The notes under the pieces: model-generated | The model's database searches: none | What the model saw: only the letters and a program-made list of their open reading frames with translations | Told to the model about the DNA's origin: nothing | Source of the DNA: Bacteroidota bacterium | GTDB lineage: Bacteria > Bacteroidota > Bacteroidia > AKYH767-A > OLB10 | NCBI GenBank assembly: GCA_016713925.1 | Contig: JADJOH010000008.1 | Coordinates: 453,840 to 517,839, forward strand | Direction: 5' to 3' | DNA length: 64,000 nt | Position numbers and translations under genes: made by a program | Shown: positions 38,101 through 48,555 of the stretch, one piece after another | How the letters are laid out: every line of letters starts with the position of its first letter | Numbering within the stretch: position 1 is the stretch's first letter

Positions 38101-41100
38101 TACTCCAAGCGGCATTTTACCTATCAATGGAACATTAGATGTTGTGATGTCCACTACATTGGATATGACTGCAATCGGTATTTATACTTTTAATGCAACC
38201 GTTTCAATGACCGGTGATGGTAATGCTGCAAACGATGCAATGACCCCAACAACAAGAACTACCGCAGCTTCTTTAGGTAGTATTAGTGCAGATGTAAGCA
38301 CTATTTGCGTAACAGGAGCTCCGACACTTACATTAACAGGAGCAATCGGAAATGTGCAATGGCAAGAATCATTAATAGGAAATACTGGGCCTTGGACAAA
38401 TGTAGGCACTAACAGCAATGTCTATACTCCTGGATCTTCTATTACGGATACCACCTGGTATCAGGCAGAAGTAACTTGTAATGCATTTTCCGGAACAACC
38501 AATGTGGTTCAGGTAGATTACCTGCTACCCCAAATTTTAAGCACAGTGAATGATTCCGTTTGTGGTCAGGGAAGTGTTACCCTTAGTGCTACAAGTACCG
38601 GTCAGGGAACTATTAACTGGTATGACGTGGCAACAGGCGGTACTGCGCTCGGAACAGGTAGCACCTTTACAACGAATATCACAGGAACTACAACTTTTTA
38701 TGCGGAAGAACAACTTTCCGGTGGTGGTGGAAGTGCTGCTGCCATTCAAATTACAGAAATAGATTTAGGCGCCAGTGATCAGTTGGAAATTCAAAATGTT
38801 TCACCCAATACTATTAATGTTACCGGTTGGAAAGTAGCTGTTAGCAATAGTTATACTGATATCACCTCCGTCAATACAATAGTTCAAACTTTGAGTGGCA
38901 GCATGACCCCCGGTCAAACGATGACCTGGACGGATGCCACTGCAGGTCCGAATTATTGGGGAAATAATTTATTCTGGAACCCCGGTGCATTTCCAAGTTT
39001 TTCAGGTTGGGCAGCCATACTTGATAACAATAATAATTTAGTGGATGTATTATTTATGAATTGGCCTTCAGCTAATATTCAATCAGCGAGTATTTCTATA
39101 CCAAGTGGTCCAACTATTACTATAGGCTCACAATGGAGTGGAGACGGAGTGAATATCTCAACTGTTGCAGCCACTCAAAGTGTGTCGCGTCAAGGTACTT
39201 CTGATAACAATGCAGCTACAGATTTCTCCATTATCAACTTATCAATTGGAAGTACTAATCCGGGAATGACGATTCCATTTACCGGTTTCGGCTGCTCAAG
39301 TACCCGTGTGGCTGCGTTGGGAGTGTCTACTTCTGCACCTGCCATTACAGTTACTCCCGGAAATGCGCTTTGTCCAGGTGATTCTATTGGCCTACAAGTA
39401 AGCAGCATTAATGATCCAAATTATGAATATACCTGGACATCAAATCCCGGTGGCTTTAACCAAAGTGGTAATGGTCCATTCTACGTGACACCATTAGTGA
39501 ATACTACTTATTATGTATCTGCTCTCGATACTTCTTCGGGAGGTACAGGAGGTTGTTTTATTACGGATAGTATAGTTGTTATTCCACTTGCATCTTTTAG
39601 TGCAGGTACAGTTTCTGCGACAGGACCTTATTGTATTACAGGGGAACCTACCATTTCAGTTGCAGGAGCATCCGGCTTTATTCAATGGCAGGAATCAACT
39701 GTAAGTGGAAACGGTCCGTGGACTAATGTCGGCATTTCCAATAGTAGTACTTATTTACCGGGAACCGTCACACAAACTACTTATTACAGAGTGATAGTGA
39801 GCTGTATTTCAACAACCGACTCTTCAAATGTAGACACGGTGTTTGTATACAATCCACAAGTATTGACGGCTAATGGAGATACTCGTTGTGGTCCGGGAAC
39901 TTTAAATCTTACCGCTACAACAGATCCGGGCTATAACTTAAATTGGTATGCAGATTCAACCGGTGGCGCTCTTTTAGGTACCGGAAGTCCGTTTACTACA
40001 CCACTGGTTCTACAAACGGATACCTTTTATGTGGAATCAAATTCCGGTACCGGCAGTTCGGATAGCCTTCAAGTACCACTGGCTTCCGGAGGTACAACAG
40101 GGGTTTATCATCATATGTTTACTGTGAGTTCGCCTAACGGAATGCAGATTAATAAAATTGGTATCAAATGCAATAATACCGTGGGTACACTCACTGCCTG
40201 GGATATCTATTACCGCCCGGATGATTTCAAATTGGTAGCCGGAGCGAATACATCCTCAGCCGGTTGGATTTTAGTCTCAACAGTTACAAATGTACCTTCT
40301 CAAGGCGCAACTGCTTATACAACCATTGCAACAGGAATTAGTATTGATATTCCTGCCGGTGCCACTTATTCCATCTATGTAGCTCCTGCTACCGGGGCGA
40401 CACACCAATATGGTACCAGTGTTGCCGGAACCGTGGTTGGAACGAATGCCGTAGGTTCGGTAATAGCCGGATACAGAGGCAGTGCTTTGTTTAATTGTAC
40501 TACCACTTCAGGATTCCCTGTGGTAAGTCTTGAATACAGCGTTGGCTGTCCTTCGACTCGTGTTCCGGTTATCGCAACTGTTACTCCATCTCCAGCCGTT
40601 CAAATTGCCGGGAATACTACAATTTGTCAGGGAGATTCAACAAACCTAACTGTTGTTGCAGGCCTACTCGATTATACAAATTTTAACTGGTTTCCCACAA
40701 CAGGTCTGAGTGATACCGCCGGTACAAGCATTTATGCTTTGCCTACGGTGACTACTAAATACTATCTGCTGGCTTCCGGTAACATTAATAATTGTCAGGC
40801 TGTCGACAGTATCACCATAATTGTAAATTCATTTAATTTAAATGTGAGTGTCAATAATCCAATAGTGTGTGGTGCATCTGATTCATCGCAGATTACAACA
40901 ACAGTAAGCGCAGGAACTTATACGTATTTATGGACTCCTTCAGCCGGTTTATCTGCAGATAACATACCTGATCCGAAAGCACGCCCAACCGGAGCCAGTG
41001 AAGTGTATACATTAGCGGTGACCGATTCCTTAACAGGTTGTACCAAGTATCAAAGTGTGACTATTTATAAATCATCGCCCGATGTTTTAACCACAGTAAC

Positions 41101-44100
41101 TGATACCGTTTGCGGAATAGATCAGGTGACACTAACGGCAACGGGTACCCCCGGAGGCGAAATTAGTTGGTGGTCTGCCGCAACCGGAGGAACACGGTTA
41201 GCCGTGGGGTCTCCATTTACTCCAACCATTGGAACAACAACAAACTTTTATGTTGAAGTGAGAGACACGATCACACAAACTCCTGTCAGTACCGGATTTA
41301 ATGGTGCTACAATAGCTACTGATCCGAACGCTGCGGGAAATATGTTTGATATAACGGCGATTAATAACGTGAGAATTTCAGGATTTGATGTGCATCTGAA
41401 TAATGATACATTGGCACCTTCTGATATTAGCGTCTATTATAAAGCAGGTTCGTATTCAGGTTTTGCCACAAATGCCGGTGCATGGACACTTGCAGGATCC
41501 GCAACGGGTGTTGTATCTGCGGGAAATGGAGTTCCAACAAATTTACCTATGAATCTTGACGTTTATATTCCCGCAGGACAAACCTATGGCTTCTATATTG
41601 TAGTGACTAATCTGGGTAGTTCTAATTCCCTTGTATATAACGCGAGTGGAATTTCTCCTGCGCAGTTCGCAGTGGCTGCATCAGATTTTAATGTACAGGT
41701 TAAATCGGGAACAGTTGTTTTCGGTCCGTTCACGGGTCAGGTAGCCGCTCCACTAAATCGTTTATGGAATGGAAATGTGAAATATTCCATCGGATGTATA
41801 AGTGCTAGAGATACAGTAGAAGCAGTATCGCTTACAGCTCCTTCTATTTCACTTACGACCTTACCCAACGATACCATTTGTGCCGGAAGTAGTGTGACGT
41901 TGCAAGCAAGTAGCGCAAATGATCCGAATTATTCCTACGTATGGAATCCGGGTGGACTACCCGGAGCATCGGTGTTAGTTTCGCCAACTGCAAAAACGAA
42001 ATACTATGTAACAGCTACAGATGTTTCCACAGGTGGTACAGCAGGTTGTATTACCGTAGATTCTGTCACAATTAACGTTAGTCCTTTGCCATTAATTGAT
42101 GCTACACCAACGTCTGTTAGTGTGTGTGGAGGTGGAACAGCCAACTTGAGTGTAACTAATCTCACTCCCGCTGAAACAACATTTGGAACACAGGCTAATC
42201 AAAATACTTCGACCACCTATCCGGCTCCTTATTCTGTTTATTATGGAGCACAAAGAATGCAAATGTTGATTACCGCGGCTGAACTTTCAGCTGCAGGTTA
42301 TAATGCGGGATCACCACTGGCGGGTATTAAATTTCCTGTAGTATCCTTAGGTCCAAATTGGGGAGTAAGTTTGACGTCATGTAATTCATTCCAAATGAGT
42401 ATCGGAAATACCGCCCTTACTACGTTAACTGCTTTTCAAACAGGTTTAACGCAAGTAATTGCCCCCGGAAATTTTACTCCGGCAGTTGGGTATGGTAATA
42501 CACATACATTTAATACTCCATTTGTTTGGAATGGGACTTCTAATATTATTATAGAAACTACTTTCGGAAATAATATTGCAGGAGTAGCGAATGATCATGT
42601 CATTCAATATAACACCGGAACGAGTTATCAAAGTACAATTGTGTATAGGGCAGATAATGTTACAGCCGCCGCTGCAGCAGTCGCCACTACGGTTAGTTTG
42701 TCGTTTAGTGCAAGACCTGATTTTAAATTTGTATCTAATACGGCTCTCACTTATCAGTGGAGTCCGGTTACAGGATTGAATAACCCTACTTCAGCAACTC
42801 CCGTATTAACTGTTCCTCCCGGTATGAATCAGTATTATTATGTTACTGCAACCAATCCATCTACAGGATGTACCGCTATGGATTCTATTTTGGTTTCAGC
42901 AATTTCTAATCCAAAACCAATCATCGCCGATAACGACACTACCTTGTGTAACCCTGATTTCATTTACGTGAATGTAGTGGATACCGGTCTTTATGTAGGT
43001 GGGTATCCTGCAGGTACTAACTTTACCTGGAGTGCTATCGGAGTTCCGATTCCTGATCTGGATTCTATCAGTTCAAGCAATGGTTCTTCTTACTCAGTTA
43101 TCGTAACGCTGCCCAGCGGATGTTCTGCAAGTTCCGATACCGCTATTATCCTGACCAAGTCAGTGGCAGTAGTAGATGTCATTACTCCTGCAAGCTGTAC
43201 CGGTGGTGGTTCTATTGCTGTTACCGTAACCAGCGGATTACCAAACTACAACTACATCTGGTCAACTGACCTTGCTCAAACCAATATCATCAGCAACGTA
43301 ACGAAGGCGAACAATCAGGATACATTAAGTAACCTGACCGCCGGTACTTATTACCTGCAGGTATATGACGAAGCGGGCACTCCTGCCTCATGTAACTCCG
43401 GAGTATTGACGTATGTTGTTTCGGGATCCTCTCCGATCGTGATCGATTCAGTAGTAGGTACAGATATTTCCTGTAATGGATTCGCTGATGGATCAGCCAC
43501 CGTTTACTGGACCGGAGGAACTACCCCATACAACATCTTGTGGAGCGATGGAAATACCAACGCTACGCGTGCAGTTACTGCCGCTGCCAGCTTAACGGTG
43601 ATTGTATCGGATAACTCCGGTTGTGCAGATACGTCATCCGTCACCATCAATGAGCCTGCATCAATTACCCTGACCCTTTCATCTACCAACGAAAGCGCCC
43701 CGGCTGCAAACGACGGTACAGCTTCAGTGGTAATAGCAGGTGGAACTCCCGGCTATATAATTGAATGGTACGATGCATTATTTACGCTGATTGGTAGCGG
43801 TACTCCAATTACAGGTCTTACAGGTGGAACGTATACCGCTGTGGTAACAGACACCAACGGTTGTCAAGGTTTTGATAACGTAGTGATCACGACTAACACC
43901 AACGCTATTCTTAACCTGACCATGCTGATTGAAGGTATGTATGATGGAACAGGCGGATTGGTGCCGGCCTTACTGAATTCAGGAGTAGGCGTTAGTCCGA
44001 CAGAATGTGATACGATCCGTGTAGAAATCCGTGATCAGTTGAATACGTTAACGGTTTTGGCTTCCGGAACAGCAGTACTTGGCACCAATGGCCAGGCGAG

Positions 44101-44476
44101 CTTTACTTTCCCGGCTGCCATTAATGGTGCAAACGGTTACATCGCGGTGTTCCATCGTAATGCAGTGCAGACATGGAGTGATTTACTCACCTTCTCTGCT
44201 ACAACCAACTACAACTTCACCACTGCGGCTACTCAGGCCTTCAGCTCCAATATGATTGAAGTGGATCCGGGTGTATTCGCCTTCTACAGTGGTGATATTT
44301 CTCCACAGGATGACGTGGTGGATATTACCGATCAGGGTTATGTAGGAAATGATATCTTGAACTTTGCTTCCGGCTATGTACCAACGGATGTATCGGGAGA
44401 TGGAGTAGTGGATATCACTGACCAGGCGATTGTAGATAATAACATCTTAAACTTCGTGGGATCGATTCTCCCATAA
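35141..44476 (+). CDS. Giant cell-surface protein B, main part (3111 aa): right-handed beta-helix (PbH1) repeats, Ig/PKD-like modules, LTD-like domain, SprB repeats, shared C-terminal dockerin-like module
   Basis: PbH1-like repeats (NNISITRGGTGARYGIFF...). There are many roughly 90-aa Ig-like modules ending in ...Y.V...D...GC. An LTD-like segment (IQITEIDLGASDQLEIQNVS) is present. SprB repeats occur near the C-terminus. The last 1572 nt (42905-44476) are about 95% identical to 56560-58132. Confidence 0.85.
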   Translation: MGIRLTNSADSNVISNCQINTLANSTSSNYAGIIMSGSATAATTAGDNGDGNLFIGNTIINGYYGFTLCGNSTAPFAANNSIINNDIIDHYFYGIYVVNAENSIISGNSLHHDSRATTTTTYGVYLTTNCISTQVSENRIYNFFLGNALSTSTSYSIYVAGDGTLGTENKLFNNIIYSIRGNGAQYGIYNTTGDYMQAYHNTISFDDAAATLGASYGIYQTGAVTSVDIRNNIISITRGGTGTRYGLGFVTAGTYITSNNNDIYLNSGGTDSIGIYTTLPFTTLANWQTANGGAYDGSSVSLDPLFADPGNGDFTPANPGVNSNGANVGVAADILGNPRTLAAPDPGAYEWTPLGADAGITWVSPLPPVGLGNQTITVQITNAQTATITSLDLAYTDGVSTVTETFSSLNITAGNNQQFSFTTPYNLTGNADLRAYVNLVNGAIDDNQANDTTAVQNFCPALNGVYSIDSALPTSGTNFQTFTDAVNQMICGGVVGPVTLNVVAGSGPYNEQILIPAIVGASATNTITFNGNLETLAFASANTNQRAVITLSGADHIYIDSLTIDASGGTYGYGVHLISQADSNKITNCVVNTTANQTTTNFAGIVMSGSLASATTAGNSGNGNEISGNTITNGYYGITVVGTSAAPFISGNRVVNNSITDHYLYGVYSLGNTGTEFVGNNIRQLNRTSTSTTYGLFLTTNTIGAKVERNRIHDFLVATPTSTSTVYGIYVAGDALLGSENKLVNNLIHTLGGNGVQYGIYNTGGNHMWAWHNTIALDAAASTLGTTYGIYQTTVADSLQYYNNNISITRGGTGARYGIFFNTAGTYIKSNYNNIYVNTPGADSIGSYAATAFTTLANWQTANSSAYDQQSINFDPQFVDPSLGNYQPSVVALNNAGTPLGVTEDINGAVRNLTTPDIGAYEYLIATEDIGVTLLITPAPIASACYTANETITLRIRNYGLNAIDFSLNPATITCNVTGATVATLTGTPSGILPINGTLDVVMSTTLDMTAIGIYTFNATVSMTGDGNAANDAMTPTTRTTAASLGSISADVSTICVTGAPTLTLTGAIGNVQWQESLIGNTGPWTNVGTNSNVYTPGSSITDTTWYQAEVTCNAFSGTTNVVQVDYLLPQILSTVNDSVCGQGSVTLSATSTGQGTINWYDVATGGTALGTGSTFTTNITGTTTFYAEEQLSGGGGSAAAIQITEIDLGASDQLEIQNVSPNTINVTGWKVAVSNSYTDITSVNTIVQTLSGSMTPGQTMTWTDATAGPNYWGNNLFWNPGAFPSFSGWAAILDNNNNLVDVLFMNWPSANIQSASISIPSGPTITIGSQWSGDGVNISTVAATQSVSRQGTSDNNAATDFSIINLSIGSTNPGMTIPFTGFGCSSTRVAALGVSTSAPAITVTPGNALCPGDSIGLQVSSINDPNYEYTWTSNPGGFNQSGNGPFYVTPLVNTTYYVSALDTSSGGTGGCFITDSIVVIPLASFSAGTVSATGPYCITGEPTISVAGASGFIQWQESTVSGNGPWTNVGISNSSTYLPGTVTQTTYYRVIVSCISTTDSSNVDTVFVYNPQVLTANGDTRCGPGTLNLTATTDPGYNLNWYADSTGGALLGTGSPFTTPLVLQTDTFYVESNSGTGSSDSLQVPLASGGTTGVYHHMFTVSSPNGMQINKIGIKCNNTVGTLTAWDIYYRPDDFKLVAGANTSSAGWILVSTVTNVPSQGATAYTTIATGISIDIPAGATYSIYVAPATGATHQYGTSVAGTVVGTNAVGSVIAGYRGSALFNCTTTSGFPVVSLEYSVGCPSTRVPVIATVTPSPAVQIAGNTTICQGDSTNLTVVAGLLDYTNFNWFPTTGLSDTAGTSIYALPTVTTKYYLLASGNINNCQAVDSITIIVNSFNLNVSVNNPIVCGASDSSQITTTVSAGTYTYLWTPSAGLSADNIPDPKARPTGASEVYTLAVTDSLTGCTKYQSVTIYKSSPDVLTTVTDTVCGIDQVTLTATGTPGGEISWWSAATGGTRLAVGSPFTPTIGTTTNFYVEVRDTITQTPVSTGFNGATIATDPNAAGNMFDITAINNVRISGFDVHLNNDTLAPSDISVYYKAGSYSGFATNAGAWTLAGSATGVVSAGNGVPTNLPMNLDVYIPAGQTYGFYIVVTNLGSSNSLVYNASGISPAQFAVAASDFNVQVKSGTVVFGPFTGQVAAPLNRLWNGNVKYSIGCISARDTVEAVSLTAPSISLTTLPNDTICAGSSVTLQASSANDPNYSYVWNPGGLPGASVLVSPTAKTKYYVTATDVSTGGTAGCITVDSVTINVSPLPLIDATPTSVSVCGGGTANLSVTNLTPAETTFGTQANQNTSTTYPAPYSVYYGAQRMQMLITAAELSAAGYNAGSPLAGIKFPVVSLGPNWGVSLTSCNSFQMSIGNTALTTLTAFQTGLTQVIAPGNFTPAVGYGNTHTFNTPFVWNGTSNIIIETTFGNNIAGVANDHVIQYNTGTSYQSTIVYRADNVTAAAAAVATTVSLSFSARPDFKFVSNTALTYQWSPVTGLNNPTSATPVLTVPPGMNQYYYVTATNPSTGCTAMDSILVSAISNPKPIIADNDTTLCNPDFIYVNVVDTGLYVGGYPAGTNFTWSAIGVPIPDLDSISSSNGSSYSVIVTLPSGCSASSDTAIILTKSVAVVDVITPASCTGGGSIAVTVTSGLPNYNYIWSTDLAQTNIISNVTKANNQDTLSNLTAGTYYLQVYDEAGTPASCNSGVLTYVVSGSSPIVIDSVVGTDISCNGFADGSATVYWTGGTTPYNILWSDGNTNATRAVTAAASLTVIVSDNSGCADTSSVTINEPASITLTLSSTNESAPAANDGTASVVIAGGTPGYIIEWYDALFTLIGSGTPITGLTGGTYTAVVTDTNGCQGFDNVVITTNTNAILNLTMLIEGMYDGTGGLVPALLNSGVGVSPTECDTIRVEIRDQLNTLTVLASGTAVLGTNGQASFTFPAAINGANGYIAVFHRNAVQTWSDLLTFSATTNYNFTTAATQAFSSNMIEVDPGVFAFYSGDISPQDDVVDITDQGYVGNDILNFASGYVPTDVSGDGVVDITDQAIVDNNILNFVGSILP

Positions 44477-44496
44477 GAAATAATTCATCTAATAAT

Positions 44497-44530
44497 AAAG
44501 GGCGATATCGTTTGATATCGCCCTTTATTA
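44497..44530. terminator. Bidirectional terminator between giant gene B and the response regulator gene
   Basis: aaagggcgatatc-gttt-gatatcgcccttt flanked by A/T runs. Confidence 0.7.
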
Positions 44531-44558
44531 TTATAACTATTGTATTAGTGACGGAGCA

Positions 44559-45197
44559 TTAAATAATTTTCTGTTCCAGTGCAACCGAAATTGCTTCTGT
44601 TGCAGAATGTACATGTAACTTCTCATATATTTTCTTGAAATGAGAGTTTACAGTATGCCAACTGATACCGCAAGCATCAGCAATCATTTTATAGCTGGAG
44701 CCTTTAACCAAATGAGATAATATCTCCAGTTCACGTGGCGTTAAATCAAAAGTGGAATTTTTAATTTTTGAATTCGTTTTATTTTGAAATACCTCCAATA
44801 CTTTCTTCGCTACGGATGGAGTCATAGGTGCACCACCTTCCATCACATCTCTTATCCCCTCAATTAATTTTAAAGGGGATGTTTTCTTTAAAAAATAACC
44901 ATGCGCGCCCGATTTAACTGCTTCAAAAATTTTATCTTCCTCTTCAAAAACGGTTTGCATGATGACCATCACGTCGGGCATAGATTTACGAATTAACTTT
45001 AATCCTCCTATACCATTTAAACCCGGCATATCGATGTCCATTAAGATTACATCAGGTAGCAATGCTTTGGCTTTTTCAATAATACCTTCGCAATTGACGA
45101 AAGTACCTACACACTTCATGTCATCATACTGATTGATTAATAATTCCAGGCTTTCCAGCCTTCCCTTATTATCATCAAAAACCATTACTTTAATCAT
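44559..45197 (-). CDS. Two-component response regulator, NarL/LuxR family (REC + HTH_LuxR)
   Basis: The receiver domain has the conserved Asp (VILMDIDMPGLNG). The C-terminal LuxR HTH reads LTPRELEILSHLVKGSSYKMIADACGIS..TV..H...IYEKL. Confidence 0.85.
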   Translation of the reverse strand: MIKVMVFDDNKGRLESLELLINQYDDMKCVGTFVNCEGIIEKAKALLPDVILMDIDMPGLNGIGGLKLIRKSMPDVMVIMQTVFEEEDKIFEAVKSGAHGYFLKKTSPLKLIEGIRDVMEGGAPMTPSVAKKVLEVFQNKTNSKIKNSTFDLTPRELEILSHLVKGSSYKMIADACGISWHTVNSHFKKIYEKLHVHSATEAISVALEQKII

Positions 45198-45267
45198 AAT
45201 TCAAATATAAGTAGTTCGATATAATTTATGTATCACTATTATTAGTCAGATATTGATAAATTCAGAA

Positions 45268-48200
45268 TTAAAGATCAAATACCAGTTTAACGCTCGTTCC
45301 TTTACCCGGCAAAGAGTCAATAGTCAGGACACCTTTTATTTCCATTGCTCTTTTTTTCATATTGACCAGCCCATTTCCTCTTGTATCTTCCAGTTTAAAG
45401 CCTCTTCCGTCATCTTTTATCATCAGGGTAATCATTTTATCGTTTTCATATAAATCAATCCAAACGGATTTGCATTGGGCGTATTTTAAAATATTGTTCA
45501 GACTTTCTTTAAAAATCAAATACAGGTTTTTACGCTGCTTCATATCAATCTTTACATTTTTCAATCGTTCATCAAGATTGAGGTGGAGGTGAATTGGGGT
45601 AGAACCAATGGTTTCCGCAGCGTGAGTCCGCATTTTAACGAGGATGTTTTCGAAGCGATCATTCTTACTGTCAATCATCCAAACAATATCGTTCATTGCT
45701 TCCTGTGAAATTTGCGTGTATTCACCGATTTTATCCAGCACAGGAATAACATCGTCTTTTTTTCTGCTGATACTTTCTTTAGCCACCTGATTAAAAATGG
45801 AAATAGAACTAAGGTTAGAGCCGATTTCATCGTGTAAATCTCTGGCGATATTCTCCCGGATGTTTAAGAGTTTTCGGTTTTGTCGGTTCTTATAGAGCAT
45901 CCAACTGTAAATCAAACCTGCCAACGTCAGCAATAGTAAAATATAAAAATAGTCGGATTTGTACCAGGGGGTACTTATGGTAAAAGGAATAGACAATTCC
46001 TGATCACTCCATTCTCCATGGGGATTAGAGCATTTTACTTTAAAAATGTATTCTCCCGGATCCAGATTTGAATAAGTAGTGAAACGTCGGGTACCACAAT
46101 TTATCCAGTTTTGATCCAGCCCTTCCAGCTTATAAGCATATTGAATCTCTTCATTCCTGAAAAAGTCGAGTGAGGAGAATTGAAAGGTGAGATTGTTTTC
46201 AGTGTATTGAAAATGAAAGCTGGAGTCCAAAGGCTGAATTTTATTGTTGCATAAAATTTTTGTAATTACAGGTGGAGGACTGAGTATATGCGCTGAAACG
46301 GTATCCGGATGAAAAATGACGAAGCCATTGATTCCACCAAAGGCAAGTCTTCCATCGGTCAGACTACAAGCTGCATTCGTATTGAATTCCTCAAAGAGCA
46401 GTCCGTCTTTATTGGAAAAAGTTAAAAAGGAATTATTTCCCGGAATGAATTTGCAAATTCCTTTATTGGTTCCCATCCAGAGATTACCTGTTGCATCCAT
46501 CAGCAGACTATAAACCGAATTGTCCGAAAGACCTTCTTCTTTTCTAAATTGCCTTATCGTTTTTTTAATAGGATTATAACTGAGTAAACCGTTTCCGTTC
46601 GTGCCAATCCAGATATTCTCTTTATCACGATAAATTATACTCCGAATATCTGATGAGAGAAGTGGCAGTTGATTGTTCAACGGCATAACTTCCATGGTGT
46701 TTTTATCAATGGTAAATATTCCCTTGGCTGTACCTAGTAATAACCTGCTATTTATATACCCGGTAATACAGAATATACTTGCTCCCTTCAGGTGTTCCTT
46801 GCCCTGTTTTAAGTCAAGGTTTTCAGGTGGAGGTATTTCCTCTCTTGAACGAAGGCGAAAAAGATGTCCGGACGAAAGCCCAAAGTAAATAGATGAATCT
46901 GCGTCCACATATGCGGAACGAAAGGTGAACCGATCATTTTGCAGGAGAGAATCATAAGAAACATGCAGTTTATATTCACTTTTTTTATAGTTCAATTGAT
47001 GGAGCAACGGCGTATTCCAACCGGTGATCCAAATGTTGTCGTTTTGATCCTTTATTATAGTGCTGTAAGGATTTTCGTTGAAAAGCACTTTGTTAGTTGT
47101 GGGGTGTATTATCCGCGTAAGGCTACTGTCAACTATATTAAATTGTCGAACTCCATCCAGTGAGGCAATGAAAAGTGAATTCTTCCCGGTTTCGCAAATG
47201 GAACGTATATTTCTGCTTAAAGAGTAATTGTTGGGATTCGCTTTTCCGTCTGTTACAAAAGAATTGAAGAGCGTTTTATTTCTTTCACATTTGACCAATC
47301 CTTTTCCCGCTGAAAAGAACCAGGTAATTTCATTGCTATAATCCAGAATTAAGTTACAGTCATTGGTTGGGTTTTGAGAATTACCTGTATGAAGATGGGA
47401 GAGCAACAACAGCGAGTCATTTGCAATGGCCATTTCAATTAATCCACCATTACTATTCTGCAACCAGAAATTATTATTTTTCCCTTTCACAAAACCACTG
47501 AATGTAAAATCCGCTCCAAATTCTTCCTTCAGTTTTATTAAAAGGGACGATTTGCCGGATTTGCCGGTCAACATATTGTGAAACTCAATTTCACCCTTCG
47601 GTGAAAGAAGGATCAGGTAATTGTTTATTAATTTTTCAAAATTGGGTTTTGATCTCAAAGGTGTTGTTTCTGAAGATCGGGGGAGGATTTCTTTGAAAGT
47701 TTGAAGTGTAGGTTCAAATACGAAAAGATGGGAAATACAACTTACATAGAGATCCTTATCCTTAATAAAGAAATAGTTTGGTTGAGCACACAATGAAATG
47801 CTCGCTTTCTTATTCAATCCGATAGGATCCAGTTTCTTGAATTGATTTGTTGTCAGGTCAAAACCGAAAAAGCCATTTCCTGTAGCAAAGAGCAATTGAT
47901 TATTGAAAATTTCAGCATTAACCGAAGAGGCCTCCGAAATAAGTGCCGGAAGTAGATATTTTGTAACAAGATTCTTTGAAAAGTTAACTTTATATAACAC
48001 CTCCTCCGCCAAAAAGAACGTAAACGGCCCATAGAAAGCGATTACTTTAACATCTTTTCCGGAAGAAATTGGGAGAATAGATTTGAAAGTTTCTGTCCTG
48101 TATGAGTAACTTGCAATTGCCCGGGAAGTAATAAAGAAGGTATTGCCTGATGCGTCACTATGACCGGAAATAACTGTTGAAGAAGGCAGACTTGAAGGAT

Positions 48201-48447
48201 CCGATGGGTTATTTCTATATTCTATAAATTCATTCCCATCAAATCGGCTCAATCCATTTTCAGAAAGCAACCACAAGAATCCTTTAGGATCATCCCATAA
48301 TCCGGTTATGGTACCTGCCGGAAGTCCTTCCTGTGTGGTATATGACTTAAAATATACCGTTTGCTGAGCAGAGAGGCTCCACAGATTTCCGATAAGGAGC
48401 CCCACGAAAACAAGGAACTTTTTTCCGGTAGAATTCAATTTTAACAA
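45268..48447 (-). CDS. Sensor histidine kinase with periplasmic two-component-regulator propeller + Y_Y_Y domains, one TM helix, HisKA_3 and HATPase_c
   Basis: 1059 aa. Signal peptide; repeated WIGT..GL..YN propeller blades; a TM segment (YFYILLLLTLAGLIYSWML); an H-box (ARDLHDEIGSNLSSI); a GNGL/GKGT ATPase lid. It lies upstream of, and co-oriented with, the LuxR-type regulator. Confidence 0.85.
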   Translation of the reverse strand: MLKLNSTGKKFLVFVGLLIGNLWSLSAQQTVYFKSYTTQEGLPAGTITGLWDDPKGFLWLLSENGLSRFDGNEFIEYRNNPSDPSSLPSSTVISGHSDASGNTFFITSRAIASYSYRTETFKSILPISSGKDVKVIAFYGPFTFFLAEEVLYKVNFSKNLVTKYLLPALISEASSVNAEIFNNQLLFATGNGFFGFDLTTNQFKKLDPIGLNKKASISLCAQPNYFFIKDKDLYVSCISHLFVFEPTLQTFKEILPRSSETTPLRSKPNFEKLINNYLILLSPKGEIEFHNMLTGKSGKSSLLIKLKEEFGADFTFSGFVKGKNNNFWLQNSNGGLIEMAIANDSLLLLSHLHTGNSQNPTNDCNLILDYSNEITWFFSAGKGLVKCERNKTLFNSFVTDGKANPNNYSLSRNIRSICETGKNSLFIASLDGVRQFNIVDSSLTRIIHPTTNKVLFNENPYSTIIKDQNDNIWITGWNTPLLHQLNYKKSEYKLHVSYDSLLQNDRFTFRSAYVDADSSIYFGLSSGHLFRLRSREEIPPPENLDLKQGKEHLKGASIFCITGYINSRLLLGTAKGIFTIDKNTMEVMPLNNQLPLLSSDIRSIIYRDKENIWIGTNGNGLLSYNPIKKTIRQFRKEEGLSDNSVYSLLMDATGNLWMGTNKGICKFIPGNNSFLTFSNKDGLLFEEFNTNAACSLTDGRLAFGGINGFVIFHPDTVSAHILSPPPVITKILCNNKIQPLDSSFHFQYTENNLTFQFSSLDFFRNEEIQYAYKLEGLDQNWINCGTRRFTTYSNLDPGEYIFKVKCSNPHGEWSDQELSIPFTISTPWYKSDYFYILLLLTLAGLIYSWMLYKNRQNRKLLNIRENIARDLHDEIGSNLSSISIFNQVAKESISRKKDDVIPVLDKIGEYTQISQEAMNDIVWMIDSKNDRFENILVKMRTHAAETIGSTPIHLHLNLDERLKNVKIDMKQRKNLYLIFKESLNNILKYAQCKSVWIDLYENDKMITLMIKDDGRGFKLEDTRGNGLVNMKKRAMEIKGVLTIDSLPGKGTSVKLVFDL

Positions 48448-48541
48448 GCAGATGGAGGTTGAACGATTTTCATAGGGTGGTCATAAGAGCAGCTTTCTAT
48501 AACTAGCGGAGAAGGGTAATTGGAATGCTTCAACACTTCAG

Positions 48542-48555
48542 CCCTAATATTAGGG
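48542..48555. promoter_or_regulatory. 14-bp perfect palindrome CCCTAATATTAGGG (candidate operator); a second copy, CCTAATATTAGG, lies at 48907-48918
   Basis: Direct reading. Both sit in the 535-bp divergent region between the sensor kinase (-) and giant gene C (+). Confidence 0.4.
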
